From positions 128,001-192,000 of the IMG/VR virus record IMGVR_UViG_3300025012_000029: a DNA stretch of 64,000 bases. One strand, written 5' to 3'. A program made the position numbers and the translations under genes. Positions 46,391 to 55,155 of the stretch are shown here, piece by piece; the stretch's first letter is position 1, and each line of letters starts with the position of its first letter. The notes beneath the pieces were generated by a model. That model saw only the letters and a program-made list of their open reading frames with translations. It ran no database searches and had not been told where the DNA came from. The stretch comes from a virus. Its lineage: Duplodnaviria > Caudoviricetes.

Positions 46391-47782
46391 TTAAGTAGCG
46401 CCTGGACCTATTCCTATCAAGAAACTTGAGAATGATAAACTTACAAAAGCCTTATAATCGTCAGTTATGGCATCACCACCTGTTCTCATAATATCTTGAT
46501 CATTTTGAACACTTATTGGAAATGCTACAAATCCTACCATACGTCCTCTTATTCCTGTTGGGGCGGTCCCGCGCTGTAAGAAAATGTCTCTTCCTTGATG
46601 ATAATCCGTTGAATCTGGATCTATATAAGATTCAGTTATTCCAGTATCTAATATTTGTGTCATTGTTTGCGCAGTAGCTGGACTTGTTGGATCTCTAGTC
46701 ATATCTAAATGAAATATAAATCTCGCCGTGCGCGACGAGAAGGTGTCGGATGGAGAAGTTCCTAACCCACCAAAAATTAGTAATGGTAACGGATCTTCTC
46801 CAACAAGAGTTCCTGACGGATATGAATTAGATAAAACGCACCCAAATGAAGAGCTCGTTGGTTTTGACGTTACCAACACTCTTTCGAAAGATCCTGTACC
46901 GGCAGAACCACTAGGATGAACAAAAGATATTCTTTGTCCTGTCCTTATATTCGCAACATCTCTATCTAAACTTGCCGTTACAGCACCCGCTGTAATGTTT
47001 GTCAATAAAAATGCTCTTCCATTAAAATCTTGAGGAACATGATCTCTGCCAACTTCGCCTAGATAAAATGTTTGATACGTTCCACCTTGATTAACAAGTC
47101 CACACATTCTCCACTCATCATAATACATAAAACATGCCATATTAGCATCATTTAATGTCAGACCAACTCCATTATTAACTCCAGAATTATAATCACTTGT
47201 TGGATTATAGACAGCTAAAACATATCCACCAGAAACAGAATCAGCCGGAGTCGACAAGGTAGGTAACGATAAATATGTGAATGTATTTGTTGACGGAGCC
47301 GAACTAGTAGTTGTAATAATAAACCCGCCGTTTCCTGGACCGATATTAGTGGAAGTGATCCATCCTTCATGAAAAGAAGAAGAATGTGGTGTCCCATTAA
47401 TAATAACATGATCTCCAGAAACTAAATTATGAGGAGCCGAGCAGGTTACTTGGATAATTGTGCTTGCACCAGTAGAACGTGATATTTGCGATATAATGAT
47501 TGGATTTGAAAAACCCTTTTCACCAGAAAAACTAATAAATTTTATTCTATCATCACAACAATTGCTTTGAGTATCTCTATAAATTGTAACATATCCCTTA
47601 GTTGGATCTGCTGTTGTGCCATTTATTCTAAAAACATCTTGTCGCCCAATTAAATCAGTATTTGGATGTAAAGAAGATGTGTTCATCGCAAAATGTGTCC
47701 ACCCATTAGATGTCAACGCATTTTTGAAGAAAGTCATTAACGCATCAATGTTTGCGATTCCGGCCGATTGAGTATATGCCAT
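46391..47782 (-). CDS. Putative tail fibre/receptor-binding protein, paralog A
   Basis: 463 aa Ser/Thr/Gly-rich; HNLVSGDHVIING insert; collinear with 48105-49481. Confidence 0.55.
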   Translation of the reverse strand: MAYTQSAGIANIDALMTFFKNALTSNGWTHFAMNTSSLHPNTDLIGRQDVFRINGTTADPTKGYVTIYRDTQSNCCDDRIKFISFSGEKGFSNPIIISQISRSTGASTIIQVTCSAPHNLVSGDHVIINGTPHSSSFHEGWITSTNIGPGNGGFIITTTSSAPSTNTFTYLSLPTLSTPADSVSGGYVLAVYNPTSDYNSGVNNGVGLTLNDANMACFMYYDEWRMCGLVNQGGTYQTFYLGEVGRDHVPQDFNGRAFLLTNITAGAVTASLDRDVANIRTGQRISFVHPSGSAGTGSFERVLVTSKPTSSSFGCVLSNSYPSGTLVGEDPLPLLIFGGLGTSPSDTFSSRTARFIFHLDMTRDPTSPATAQTMTQILDTGITESYIDPDSTDYHQGRDIFLQRGTAPTGIRGRMVGFVAFPISVQNDQDIMRTGGDAITDDYKAFVSLSFSSFLIGIGPGAT

Positions 47783-47804
47783 TTATCTTCTTTCCTAACT
47801 AACT

Positions 47805-48062
47805 CTAACTCATTTCAAAGTTAAAATTTTCTATTCCTGAGTCAAAGAAATTTATCGTTCCGGAACAACTGTTAGTTCCGCTCCACTGAATGGATGGAAG
47901 CGAATTAACATCTCCATTTTCAATGGAGTCGGCAATTGATCTTAAAATAGTTGCCACAGCATTTCTTCTACCAATTTTTGGATGACTAGCTATCATAGCA
48001 TTATCAATATTGACAATATTTTCAAGTTCTTCCACAGAAGTTGCTATTTTTTTTCTTGCCAT
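47805..48062 (-). CDS. Hypothetical protein
   Basis: 85 aa, ACTATTTAT motif upstream. Confidence 0.6.
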   Translation of the reverse strand: MARKKIATSVEELENIVNIDNAMIASHPKIGRRNAVATILRSIADSIENGDVNSLPSIQWSGTNSCSGTINFFDSGIENFNFEMS

Positions 48063-48104
48063 AAAATTAATCTCTAGTCATAAATAGTTCTTATTTTCTA
48101 AATA

Positions 48105-49481
48105 TTACGAACTCATAGGTCCTATAGCTAAAGAAAATGATCCACCCATAGTTGTTGAACTTGGCCAAGATTGATAATCGCCAGACCCTGATGCTCCAGT
48201 TGTAATTATATCTTTATTTGATTGTGGACCGATTGGAAAAGTAACAAAACCAACCAATCTTCTAATCCCTGTTGGAGCAGTAGAGCTTCGAACAAATATA
48301 TATCTTCCGTTAAGATAATCCATAGCGTCAGGATCAATATCGGCTTCAGTCAAACCAGTAGGTTGATTCGCAAAATATATTTGTTTATTTCTAGGGTTTA
48401 ATTCATCTCTAGTACAATTATTATAAAATATAAAGTTTATATCTCTTTGATTGAGTGACAAATTACTTGACGGATTTCCCCCTAATACACCTAAAACCAT
48501 CGACGGAACTGGATCCTCTCCAACAAGAGTTCCAGAAGGATATGAATTCGCTAAGACACATCCGAACGAAGAACTAGTTGGTTTCGAAGTTATTGTAGTT
48601 CTTTCGAAGGAGCCGGTCCCTGCTGATCCACTCGGGCAGATAAAGCATATTTTTTGCCCTACTCTTATATTTTCTACATTTCTATCTAAACTTGCTGTTA
48701 CGGATCCTGAACCAATATTGGTAGATATATATGCCCTGCCTCTAAAGTCCAGAGGAATGTGATCGCGGGAAGTTTCTCCAATATAGAATGTCTGAAGCGC
48801 ATTGCTTTGACTTACAATACCACATGCTCTGAAAGCATCATGATACATATGTATTGAAATTGATCCAGTTAAAATTAAATCTATTCCTTGTCCTGCTGCT
48901 GTAGATCGATCTCCGCCTACATTATACACAGCTAATACATTTCCACCTGAAGCTGTGTTTGCGGTTGTGTAATTTGAAAAATATGTAAATGATGAAGTTG
49001 TAGCTACGCTAAATACTTTTGCTCCCTGTATTGGTCCATGACTAGTGTTTGGTGACCAACCTTCATTCATTTCAGGTCGATCGGCTCCATTTATTATTAT
49101 AGTGTCTCCAACTTCTAAATTATGTGGTTCGTTGGATGTAGCGAATATAAGACTTCCACCCGATGATCTCGACAAGGATGATATTGAAACCGGATTGTCA
49201 AAGTTTTTTGCTCCTGTAAAAGTTATGAATCCAATCCTATTAGTGCTATTTGAAGAATATGTGTGTCTATAGGCAGAAATATAAAATCGTGTTGGATCGG
49301 AAACACTTCCTGTTGATCTGAAAATTATTTCTCTTCCAACAATTCCATTTAACATATTTGGTGGACTTACACTAGAAGTGTTTATTTCTAATACTTGCCA
49401 TCCAGAAGATGTTAAAGCATTCTTTAAAGTTGTAAGAAAGGCATCAGAACCAGAAACATTTATTGCTTGTGTAAATGCCAT
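48105..49481 (-). CDS. Putative tail fibre/receptor-binding protein, paralog B
   Basis: 458 aa; shares GSAGTGSFER..TSKPTSSSFGCVL.NSYPSGTLVGEDP with paralog A. Confidence 0.55.
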   Translation of the reverse strand: MAFTQAINVSGSDAFLTTLKNALTSSGWQVLEINTSSVSPPNMLNGIVGREIIFRSTGSVSDPTRFYISAYRHTYSSNSTNRIGFITFTGAKNFDNPVSISSLSRSSGGSLIFATSNEPHNLEVGDTIIINGADRPEMNEGWSPNTSHGPIQGAKVFSVATTSSFTYFSNYTTANTASGGNVLAVYNVGGDRSTAAGQGIDLILTGSISIHMYHDAFRACGIVSQSNALQTFYIGETSRDHIPLDFRGRAYISTNIGSGSVTASLDRNVENIRVGQKICFICPSGSAGTGSFERTTITSKPTSSSFGCVLANSYPSGTLVGEDPVPSMVLGVLGGNPSSNLSLNQRDINFIFYNNCTRDELNPRNKQIYFANQPTGLTEADIDPDAMDYLNGRYIFVRSSTAPTGIRRLVGFVTFPIGPQSNKDIITTGASGSGDYQSWPSSTTMGGSFSLAIGPMSS

Positions 49482-49491
49482 ATTTTCCTAA

Positions 49492-50850
49492 GTGAACTAC
49501 CCACACACGCCAACGGCAATGGGATGGGCTTCGGGTTTCACAGAGTGTGCTTTGTTGCCAAAGTCTGATTTCCTCTCCACCCTTGTAATGGGCAGTCCAT
49601 GCCCATATATTTTCAATCCTTCTTTAAGTATGTTCCTTGCAGCATTTAAATCACGGTCTAATACGTGTCCATTCTTGCAAGTCCATTTTCTTATAGAAAG
49701 ATTTAAGTCTTGATTTATATAGCCACACTCACAGCAGGTTTTTGACGATGGATACCAGCGATTGATTTTAACGATTTGTTTATCATTCCAATCTGCTTTG
49801 TATTCAAGCAATCTTACAAACGTTCCCCAACTGGCATCTGATATGTGTTTTGCAAGTTTGTGGTTTTTAACCATTCCCTTTACATTCAAATCTTCTAATG
49901 CAATTATATCATAATCTGATACTAATTGACGGGATACTTTGTGTAAATTATCCATTCGTGAGTTGGTTATCTTCTCGTGGATTAAGGCTGTTTTTCGTCT
50001 TTGTTTTTCAAACGAAAAGCTTCCTTTTGTTTTACGAGAAAGATGTTTTTGAGCTTCCGCTAACTTTCTTTCATATTGTTTTGTGTATTTGTTATTCTTA
50101 AATTTAATTCCATCAGAAGTAATAGCAAAGTCTTTTAATCCCAAGTCTATTCCACAAACCGCACCTGTCTTTTCTTTTGGCTGATATTGTTCTTCTGATA
50201 GAATTGATACAAAGTATTTTCCTGTTGGCGTTTTGCTTAAAGTACATTTCCCAATTTCACCTTTTACTTCTCGGTGAACATTAACCTTAATTCCTTCTTT
50301 AAACTTCGGGGCATAAAACCTATCTGCTTCAAGTTTTGCGAATTGAGGAACAGTAAATGTATTTTTCTTTTTCCTTGACTTAAATCGTGGAAACTTAGCA
50401 TTACCACGAAAGAAGTTTACATAGGCAGTATCCAAACATCTTAAAGCAAATTGTAATGATTGGCTGTTAACTTCTTTAAGCCAAACAGTTTCCTCTTTTT
50501 TCTTTAATTCAGTTAGTGTTGCTGCCTGTGCATAGTAATTATCTGATTTTTTGTCTGCTTGATACTGCTCTTTTCGCTCATTTAGAAAATGATTATACAC
50601 AAATCGGGTACACCCAAAGTGCTTTTCCAACAACATCTTTTGCTCTTGTGTTGGTTGTAATTCGAATTTATATGTCCGAAATATTGTTTTCATCTATTAG
50701 TAAATAGTCTATTTTTTTACAAAAATACATCTTTTTCGCATAACCGCTACATTTTTTGTACAAATATTCTTTCACAAGGTTAATTTACTATATTTGTGCC
50801 TTACATCCCATCCACGCTAAAGCAATAAATGGGTTTTACGGCACGTTTTA
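49492..50850 (-). mobile_element. IS200/IS605-family element, tnpB only (IS1341-like)
   Basis: Related subterminal hairpins at 49500-49530 and 50807-50844; right end ...TTCAC; no tnpA; left boundary approximate. Confidence 0.85.
49497..50693 (-). CDS. tnpB: RNA-guided endonuclease TnpB
   Basis: HTH start (FGCTRFVYN), RuvC GIDLG / LEDL / DRDLNAA, Zn ribbon. Confidence 0.95.
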   Translation of the reverse strand: MKTIFRTYKFELQPTQEQKMLLEKHFGCTRFVYNHFLNERKEQYQADKKSDNYYAQAATLTELKKKEETVWLKEVNSQSLQFALRCLDTAYVNFFRGNAKFPRFKSRKKKNTFTVPQFAKLEADRFYAPKFKEGIKVNVHREVKGEIGKCTLSKTPTGKYFVSILSEEQYQPKEKTGAVCGIDLGLKDFAITSDGIKFKNNKYTKQYERKLAEAQKHLSRKTKGSFSFEKQRRKTALIHEKITNSRMDNLHKVSRQLVSDYDIIALEDLNVKGMVKNHKLAKHISDASWGTFVRLLEYKADWNDKQIVKINRWYPSSKTCCECGYINQDLNLSIRKWTCKNGHVLDRDLNAARNILKEGLKIYGHGLPITRVERKSDFGNKAHSVKPEAHPIAVGVCG

Positions 50851-50867
50851 ATAAAAAACTTGGAAGA

Positions 50868-51230
50868 TTATGAATTTTTCTTTTTATCTTCCCAATATTT
50901 TTGCATCCTCAATTTTGCTGCTTCAGATTTTACAGAACTCTTTTCCTTCTTCGTAGAAGATACCTTTCTAAAAGCTCCATGAATCCCACGAAAAGCCTTT
51001 CTATCAATGTGAAATTGAACACCTTCTTCAGTAGCTTTGAACTTTATAATTGAACTTCCACATTTCTCAATTATTTTTGATGCGTCCGATCGATTTGTCC
51101 AAAGTGACACATATCCATCTGCTTTTTCGGCGCCATTGTCGAGAAGAATACTTTCGGACTCAGGATTAACGCCTCCCTTGCCTTTAAAGGCAGTTTTTAT
51201 AGCTTCAAGTGTATCAAGTTTTTTAGTCAT
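50868..51230 (-). CDS. Hypothetical protein
   Basis: 120 aa. Confidence 0.65.
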   Translation of the reverse strand: MTKKLDTLEAIKTAFKGKGGVNPESESILLDNGAEKADGYVSLWTNRSDASKIIEKCGSSIIKFKATEEGVQFHIDRKAFRGIHGAFRKVSSTKKEKSSVKSEAAKLRMQKYWEDKKKNS

Positions 51231-51819
51231 TAAAAATACCCCATCGTGCTCGTTTGGTAAGATTCAAAAGAGCATATGCTGTCAATTTAGCATCTCCAAT
51301 AGCAGTATGTCTAATATTTTGTTCATATGGAACTCTAGCAATTTGAAGGAGAAAATCTAAATTTGGTGATCTCTCTTTGTCAGCCGACTCAGACATTTGG
51401 AGAAATTGAACTATTGATGCTGTATCGACGGTTCTATGAGAAAAAATCTGTTTAATATTATATGAATGAGAGGCCAATCTAAACAATCTTTTCAGAAAAG
51501 AAACATCGAAACTTACGTTATGTCCCCCAAGAACAACTGGTTTTCCAAATGGAAATTCTTTATTTATTGAATTTACTATTTCCTCAACCGCTTGAGTAGG
51601 AGAAATTCCGTTTTGGATAATTTCGTTTAGATTTATTTTATTCACTTCCATAGCTTCTTTTTGAACACATAGATACGGCTCTCTTACAAGAATATTAAAT
51701 ATTTCATGAACTGTAGAATTTTTAATATCTAAAGCAACTCCAGCAATACTCAATAAACTATGTTCAGAAGAATCCAATCCACCAGTTTCAGTATCGATAA
51801 CCAATATCTTGTTTGTCAT
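51223..51819 (-). CDS. DEDDh 3'-5' exonuclease (DnaQ-like)
   Basis: IDTETGG, GHNVSFD, DT, HTAIGD. Confidence 0.92.
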   Translation of the reverse strand: MTNKILVIDTETGGLDSSEHSLLSIAGVALDIKNSTVHEIFNILVREPYLCVQKEAMEVNKINLNEIIQNGISPTQAVEEIVNSINKEFPFGKPVVLGGHNVSFDVSFLKRLFRLASHSYNIKQIFSHRTVDTASIVQFLQMSESADKERSPNLDFLLQIARVPYEQNIRHTAIGDAKLTAYALLNLTKRARWGIFND

Positions 51820-52157
51820 TTACTATCCTTTCGGAGAACTTCCTCCTTGTTCAATTTTTCGAACAATTTCTCTTTAAAGAGAACTTCTATCTCCATTTGT
51901 AATCTCAAATTTTCTTTTTTGAAATTTTCTATTTCTTTTTTTTGAATTTTAATATGCTCCATTAGAGCTTTTACGTCTTTCCATCTACGTGCAGAATTAT
52001 ATATTTCAGGAGGAAATTCTTCAATATTCTGAATTTGATTGAACCAAGCTTCATCATGAAATTGCCCATTAAGCCCTTTAATTATAATTTTATTAGATGT
52101 AGCGGAAACGGAATGAAATTGTGGCAATTTCAAAGGCTCTATTTTAGGTTTGGACAT
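51816..52157 (-). CDS. Hypothetical coiled-coil protein (paralog of 52192-52419)
   Basis: IYNSARRWKDV motif. Confidence 0.65.
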   Translation of the reverse strand: MSKPKIEPLKLPQFHSVSATSNKIIIKGLNGQFHDEAWFNQIQNIEEFPPEIYNSARRWKDVKALMEHIKIQKKEIENFKKENLRLQMEIEVLFKEKLFEKLNKEEVLRKDSK

Positions 52158-52191
52158 GTCTTATACTATCATAAATCCAAACAAAGTCAAC

Positions 52192-52419
52192 CTATGTGTC
52201 TTTTTTAATTGAATTTAATTGTTTAGAATATTCCTCTAATCGTTTATTTAATTCGTTTACTCTCAATTTGATATTTTCTGCTTTTAAAGCATAAATTTCA
52301 CTTTTGAGTTCTTTGATTCTATTCATTAAAGACTGAATATCTTTCCATCTCCTTGCCGAAGAATATATGTTTATGTCATATTCTATGTGATTAACAGAAC
52401 CACTTATGCTCATTTTCAT
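52192..52419 (-). CDS. Hypothetical coiled-coil protein
   Basis: IYSSARRWKDI motif. Confidence 0.65.
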   Translation of the reverse strand: MKMSISGSVNHIEYDINIYSSARRWKDIQSLMNRIKELKSEIYALKAENIKLRVNELNKRLEEYSKQLNSIKKDT

Positions 52420-53222
52420 TACATATTTTCACCAAGAATATTAAAGAATTCAGGACGATTTTTTGACCAAGTAATATTGGGACGATTCGCATTCTTTTTA
52501 AAAGTCATTGGGTCGGTAACGTAAGCATTCATATAAGATTCTAGTAATGTTATTGTTTTGTCGTATGTTCTAAATGAATTCCAAAATGCCCTTCCGAATG
52601 TTGTTCCATACGAAACATGATCGTCGTCTGTAGCAGAAATAAAAATGTATTCAGATAGCCGTTCCTCATCTTCAATGGTTCCCCAATAACAGAAATCAGT
52701 AAATACAATACCAATACGTGGATTTATTGTTGATAATATTTCTATAAACATTTCCTTAGTGAGATTTTCTACTTTATTGAGAGCAAAAGCTGACTTTCTT
52801 ATATTTCCAACTTTATTTCCATGTCCAGTCATATAAATAAGCAAAGAATCATTTTCCGTTACATGTGTTTTAAGCCATCCAAACATAATCAAAATTGATT
52901 TTTCATTGGTTGAGTCTGTGATTGGGAATACCGCCGGGTTCCCACCCTCCGAGTCAAAAATGAATATATCCCTTCTATTATATCCTTGTTCTATGAGCAC
53001 CTGGTATGCTAGTGAAAGATTATTCCTATGTCTATCTTCAGAATTGCCAGCAATCAAAACAGCATAATGATGCTGTGCTTTATCTTCGTTAGCGCCGAGA
53101 AGCTTTAATCTATTTTCCAAACGAATTGGAGATGGGGGAATGTAAACTGAATAAGTCATGCGGAATGTTTCCGCACAACCTACTGTTAGCAGTAACAAAA
53201 TATAACTGAATAGTTGCCACAC
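52419..53222 (-). CDS. Caspase-hemoglobinase fold cysteine peptidase (C13-like), probable lipoprotein
   Basis: YMTGHG and TDFCY dyad; GTG start at 53222 gives an LTVGC lipobox. Confidence 0.75.
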   Translation of the reverse strand: MWQLFSYILLLLTVGCAETFRMTYSVYIPPSPIRLENRLKLLGANEDKAQHHYAVLIAGNSEDRHRNNLSLAYQVLIEQGYNRRDIFIFDSEGGNPAVFPITDSTNEKSILIMFGWLKTHVTENDSLLIYMTGHGNKVGNIRKSAFALNKVENLTKEMFIEILSTINPRIGIVFTDFCYWGTIEDEERLSEYIFISATDDDHVSYGTTFGRAFWNSFRTYDKTITLLESYMNAYVTDPMTFKKNANRPNITWSKNRPEFFNILGENM

Positions 53223-53239
53223 ATAATAAGTAGTGTTAA

Positions 53240-53307
53240 CGGAAAGTGTGAGAATCGAACTCACTCAGGAAATTTAGCAAATTTCCGTCTCTCCAAGTAG
53301 ACTTTCC
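53240..53307 (-). tRNA. Atypical short tRNA-Ser(GCT)-like (68 nt)
   Basis: 7-bp acceptor, perfect T arm, loop TTGCTAA; weak D arm and 3-nt variable region. Confidence 0.55.
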
Positions 53308-53311
53308 AAAA

Positions 53312-53385
53312 TGTTTCGGGGTGGATTCGAACCACCATCGCCCACGCCTTCAACGTGGCGCTCTACCAATTGGAGCTACCGAAAC
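53312..53385 (-). tRNA. tRNA-Phe(GAA)
   Basis: Cloverleaf; CCACG-TTGAAGG-CGTGG. Confidence 0.92.
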
Positions 53386-53465
53386 AAAAAGCCCCATTAC
53401 AAGGCTTATGTTACGACATAAATGTCTTATTTATTTAAGAATTTTCTAATTGTTAGGTTTCGAAA

Positions 53466-53699
53466 TTAGAAACTAGCGTCGTAGGTTTGCTCTGTCGAGA
53501 CAGAACCATCAGCATTGCGCACGCGAAGTGTGGTATTGATACCAAAGTCAGAAGCAGCAAGACGAGCTCGCCTTCGCCCCTCTTGTTCCGCTTCACGCCG
53601 GGTCTCCGTTCGCTTAACGCAAGTACCCTTTCCAGTGACTACCTTCCAGCCACCAATATTTCTATCCGAGCGAACTTCATATAGCCTATGATTTTTCAT
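53466..53699 (-). CDS. DUF2188-like small protein
   Basis: GGWKV...T..EA...R..A...LRVRNADG pattern. Confidence 0.6.
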   Translation of the reverse strand: MKNHRLYEVRSDRNIGGWKVVTGKGTCVKRTETRREAEQEGRRRARLAASDFGINTTLRVRNADGSVSTEQTYDASF

Positions 53700-53801
53700 T
53701 ATTAATTATTACCTCTTTGTTTTTAAATCTCAATATTTCATTGAGTATCTTTACTTTACAGCATTTTGTTTGCTGTGTCAATAGGAAAATTTCTTTTCCT
53801 A

Positions 53802-53874
53802 CGTCTCTGGCAGGGTTCGAACCTGCTACCTCATTTTTAGGGGAAATGCGTTCTTCCTTATGAACTACAGAGAC
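53802..53874 (-). tRNA. tRNA-Arg(CCT)
   Basis: CATTT-CCCCTAA-AAATG (C33). Confidence 0.85.
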
Positions 53875-53892
53875 ATTTAGCATAAAATCTCA

Positions 53893-53963
53893 AGCCTATA
53901 TAGGGAATTAAACCCTAGTTTCAACTTTACCAAAGTTGTGTATTATCACTATACTATACAGGC
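53893..53963 (-). tRNA. tRNA-Thr(GGT)
   Basis: CAACT-TTGGTAA-AGTTG. Confidence 0.85.
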
Positions 53964-54611
53964 AAAATACTTGTCAAACACTTTTTCAAATAATTTCATT
54001 GTTTCTTTTAATTCATTTTTGTGATCTTTGAGATAATCTTTTAACCCAGAATTCAGTCCAGTGCTTAAATAAGCATGTATTTCGTCATCCAAAACACTTT
54101 CATCATACATATTGTCATAAAGAAATTTTCTTATCGCTTTGTTTAATTCTTTAGGAATTGATTTGAGAAGTGTTTTCATTTCTTCTTTATATTCTGGTAT
54201 CATATTCCAAAAAGCATGTGATAATTCATGCTTATAAGTGCTTTCATCGCCTTTTTTGATTCCTATTAAATAAAATTCTTTTCCATATCTTTTTCTCATT
54301 GTATTGAATAATTTTTTCATGAAAAGATCATATTTGTTAATATCTGGAATTCCTTTTTTAAAAACATCATGAATTACACATCCAGAAATATTAAATCCGC
54401 CCCAGTCGTTAGGATATGTAAAACAACCTCTACCAAATGATTTAGAATACCATTCCATATAATCTATAAGAGAAAAAACATTATTTCTGAAAGATGGATT
54501 AGGTGATTCATAATATTCTTGAAATCTCAAGAAGTGCATTGCTAGATCATATTCGCTATCAAACGATAAAACAAATATTTTTGGATACACTTCATTGAAT
54601 TCAAATTTCAT
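53949..54611 (-). CDS. Hypothetical protein with HExxH motif
   Basis: KHELSHAFW; 220 aa. Confidence 0.65.
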   Translation of the reverse strand: MKFEFNEVYPKIFVLSFDSEYDLAMHFLRFQEYYESPNPSFRNNVFSLIDYMEWYSKSFGRGCFTYPNDWGGFNISGCVIHDVFKKGIPDINKYDLFMKKLFNTMRKRYGKEFYLIGIKKGDESTYKHELSHAFWNMIPEYKEEMKTLLKSIPKELNKAIRKFLYDNMYDESVLDDEIHAYLSTGLNSGLKDYLKDHKNELKETMKLFEKVFDKYFACIV

Positions 54612-54612
54612 T

Positions 54613-54684
54613 TGCTGACAAGAAGATTCGCACTTCTACCTATTACTTACGGGGCAATAATACTTCTAATTATACTATGTCAGC
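54613..54684 (-). tRNA. tRNA-Thr(CGT)
   Basis: ATTGC-CCCGTAA-GTAAT; T loop TGCGAAT. Confidence 0.75.
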
Positions 54685-54688
54685 TCTA

Positions 54689-55063
54689 TTAGAAAAGTAA
54701 ACGAACATTATGATGTCTATCAGAAATCTTAGATAATTCTTTCTTTATCACTTCTTCCCATATGTTGAATTTGTTTGCCAATCCAGAACCTAATTGGGAA
54801 ATTAGCCAAAGCGTATTAGGTGATTTCCTTATTTCAAATTCAAGTTTAGATAATTCTTTTTCAAATACTTTTCTGTATTCTTCTGGTTTATAAAAACTAT
54901 CATCGTTGTTATTTGGATATTTCTTTGTGATAAATCCATATGTATTTGGTTCACTTCGAAACATCGCTGCGCCAGCAAAACCTTTTCTTAACCGATTGTC
55001 TCCATATACAAAAATTGTATTAGGGTTTTTTCGAAGGTATTCTTTTGTTATTAACATAACCAC
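54689..55063 (-). CDS. Hypothetical phage protein (A1S_2505-like/macro-like fold suspected)
   Basis: IFVYGDN..G.AGAA and LGSGLA motifs. Confidence 0.55.
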   Translation of the reverse strand: MVMLITKEYLRKNPNTIFVYGDNRLRKGFAGAAMFRSEPNTYGFITKKYPNNNDDSFYKPEEYRKVFEKELSKLEFEIRKSPNTLWLISQLGSGLANKFNIWEEVIKKELSKISDRHHNVRLLF

Positions 55064-55069
55064 TCTCCA

Positions 55070-55145
55070 TGAACACGAAAGGATTCGAACCTTTGCTGTC
55101 CGACTGATTTCTCTCCCGGATGCCGTCCCGCTTGGCTACGTGTCC
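55070..55145 (-). ncRNA. tRNA-like RNA with 12-nt anticodon loop
   Basis: Normal acceptor, D and T arms; TCCGG-GAGAGAAATCAG-TCGGA has no readable anticodon. Confidence 0.6.
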
Positions 55146-55155
55146 AATATTTAAA

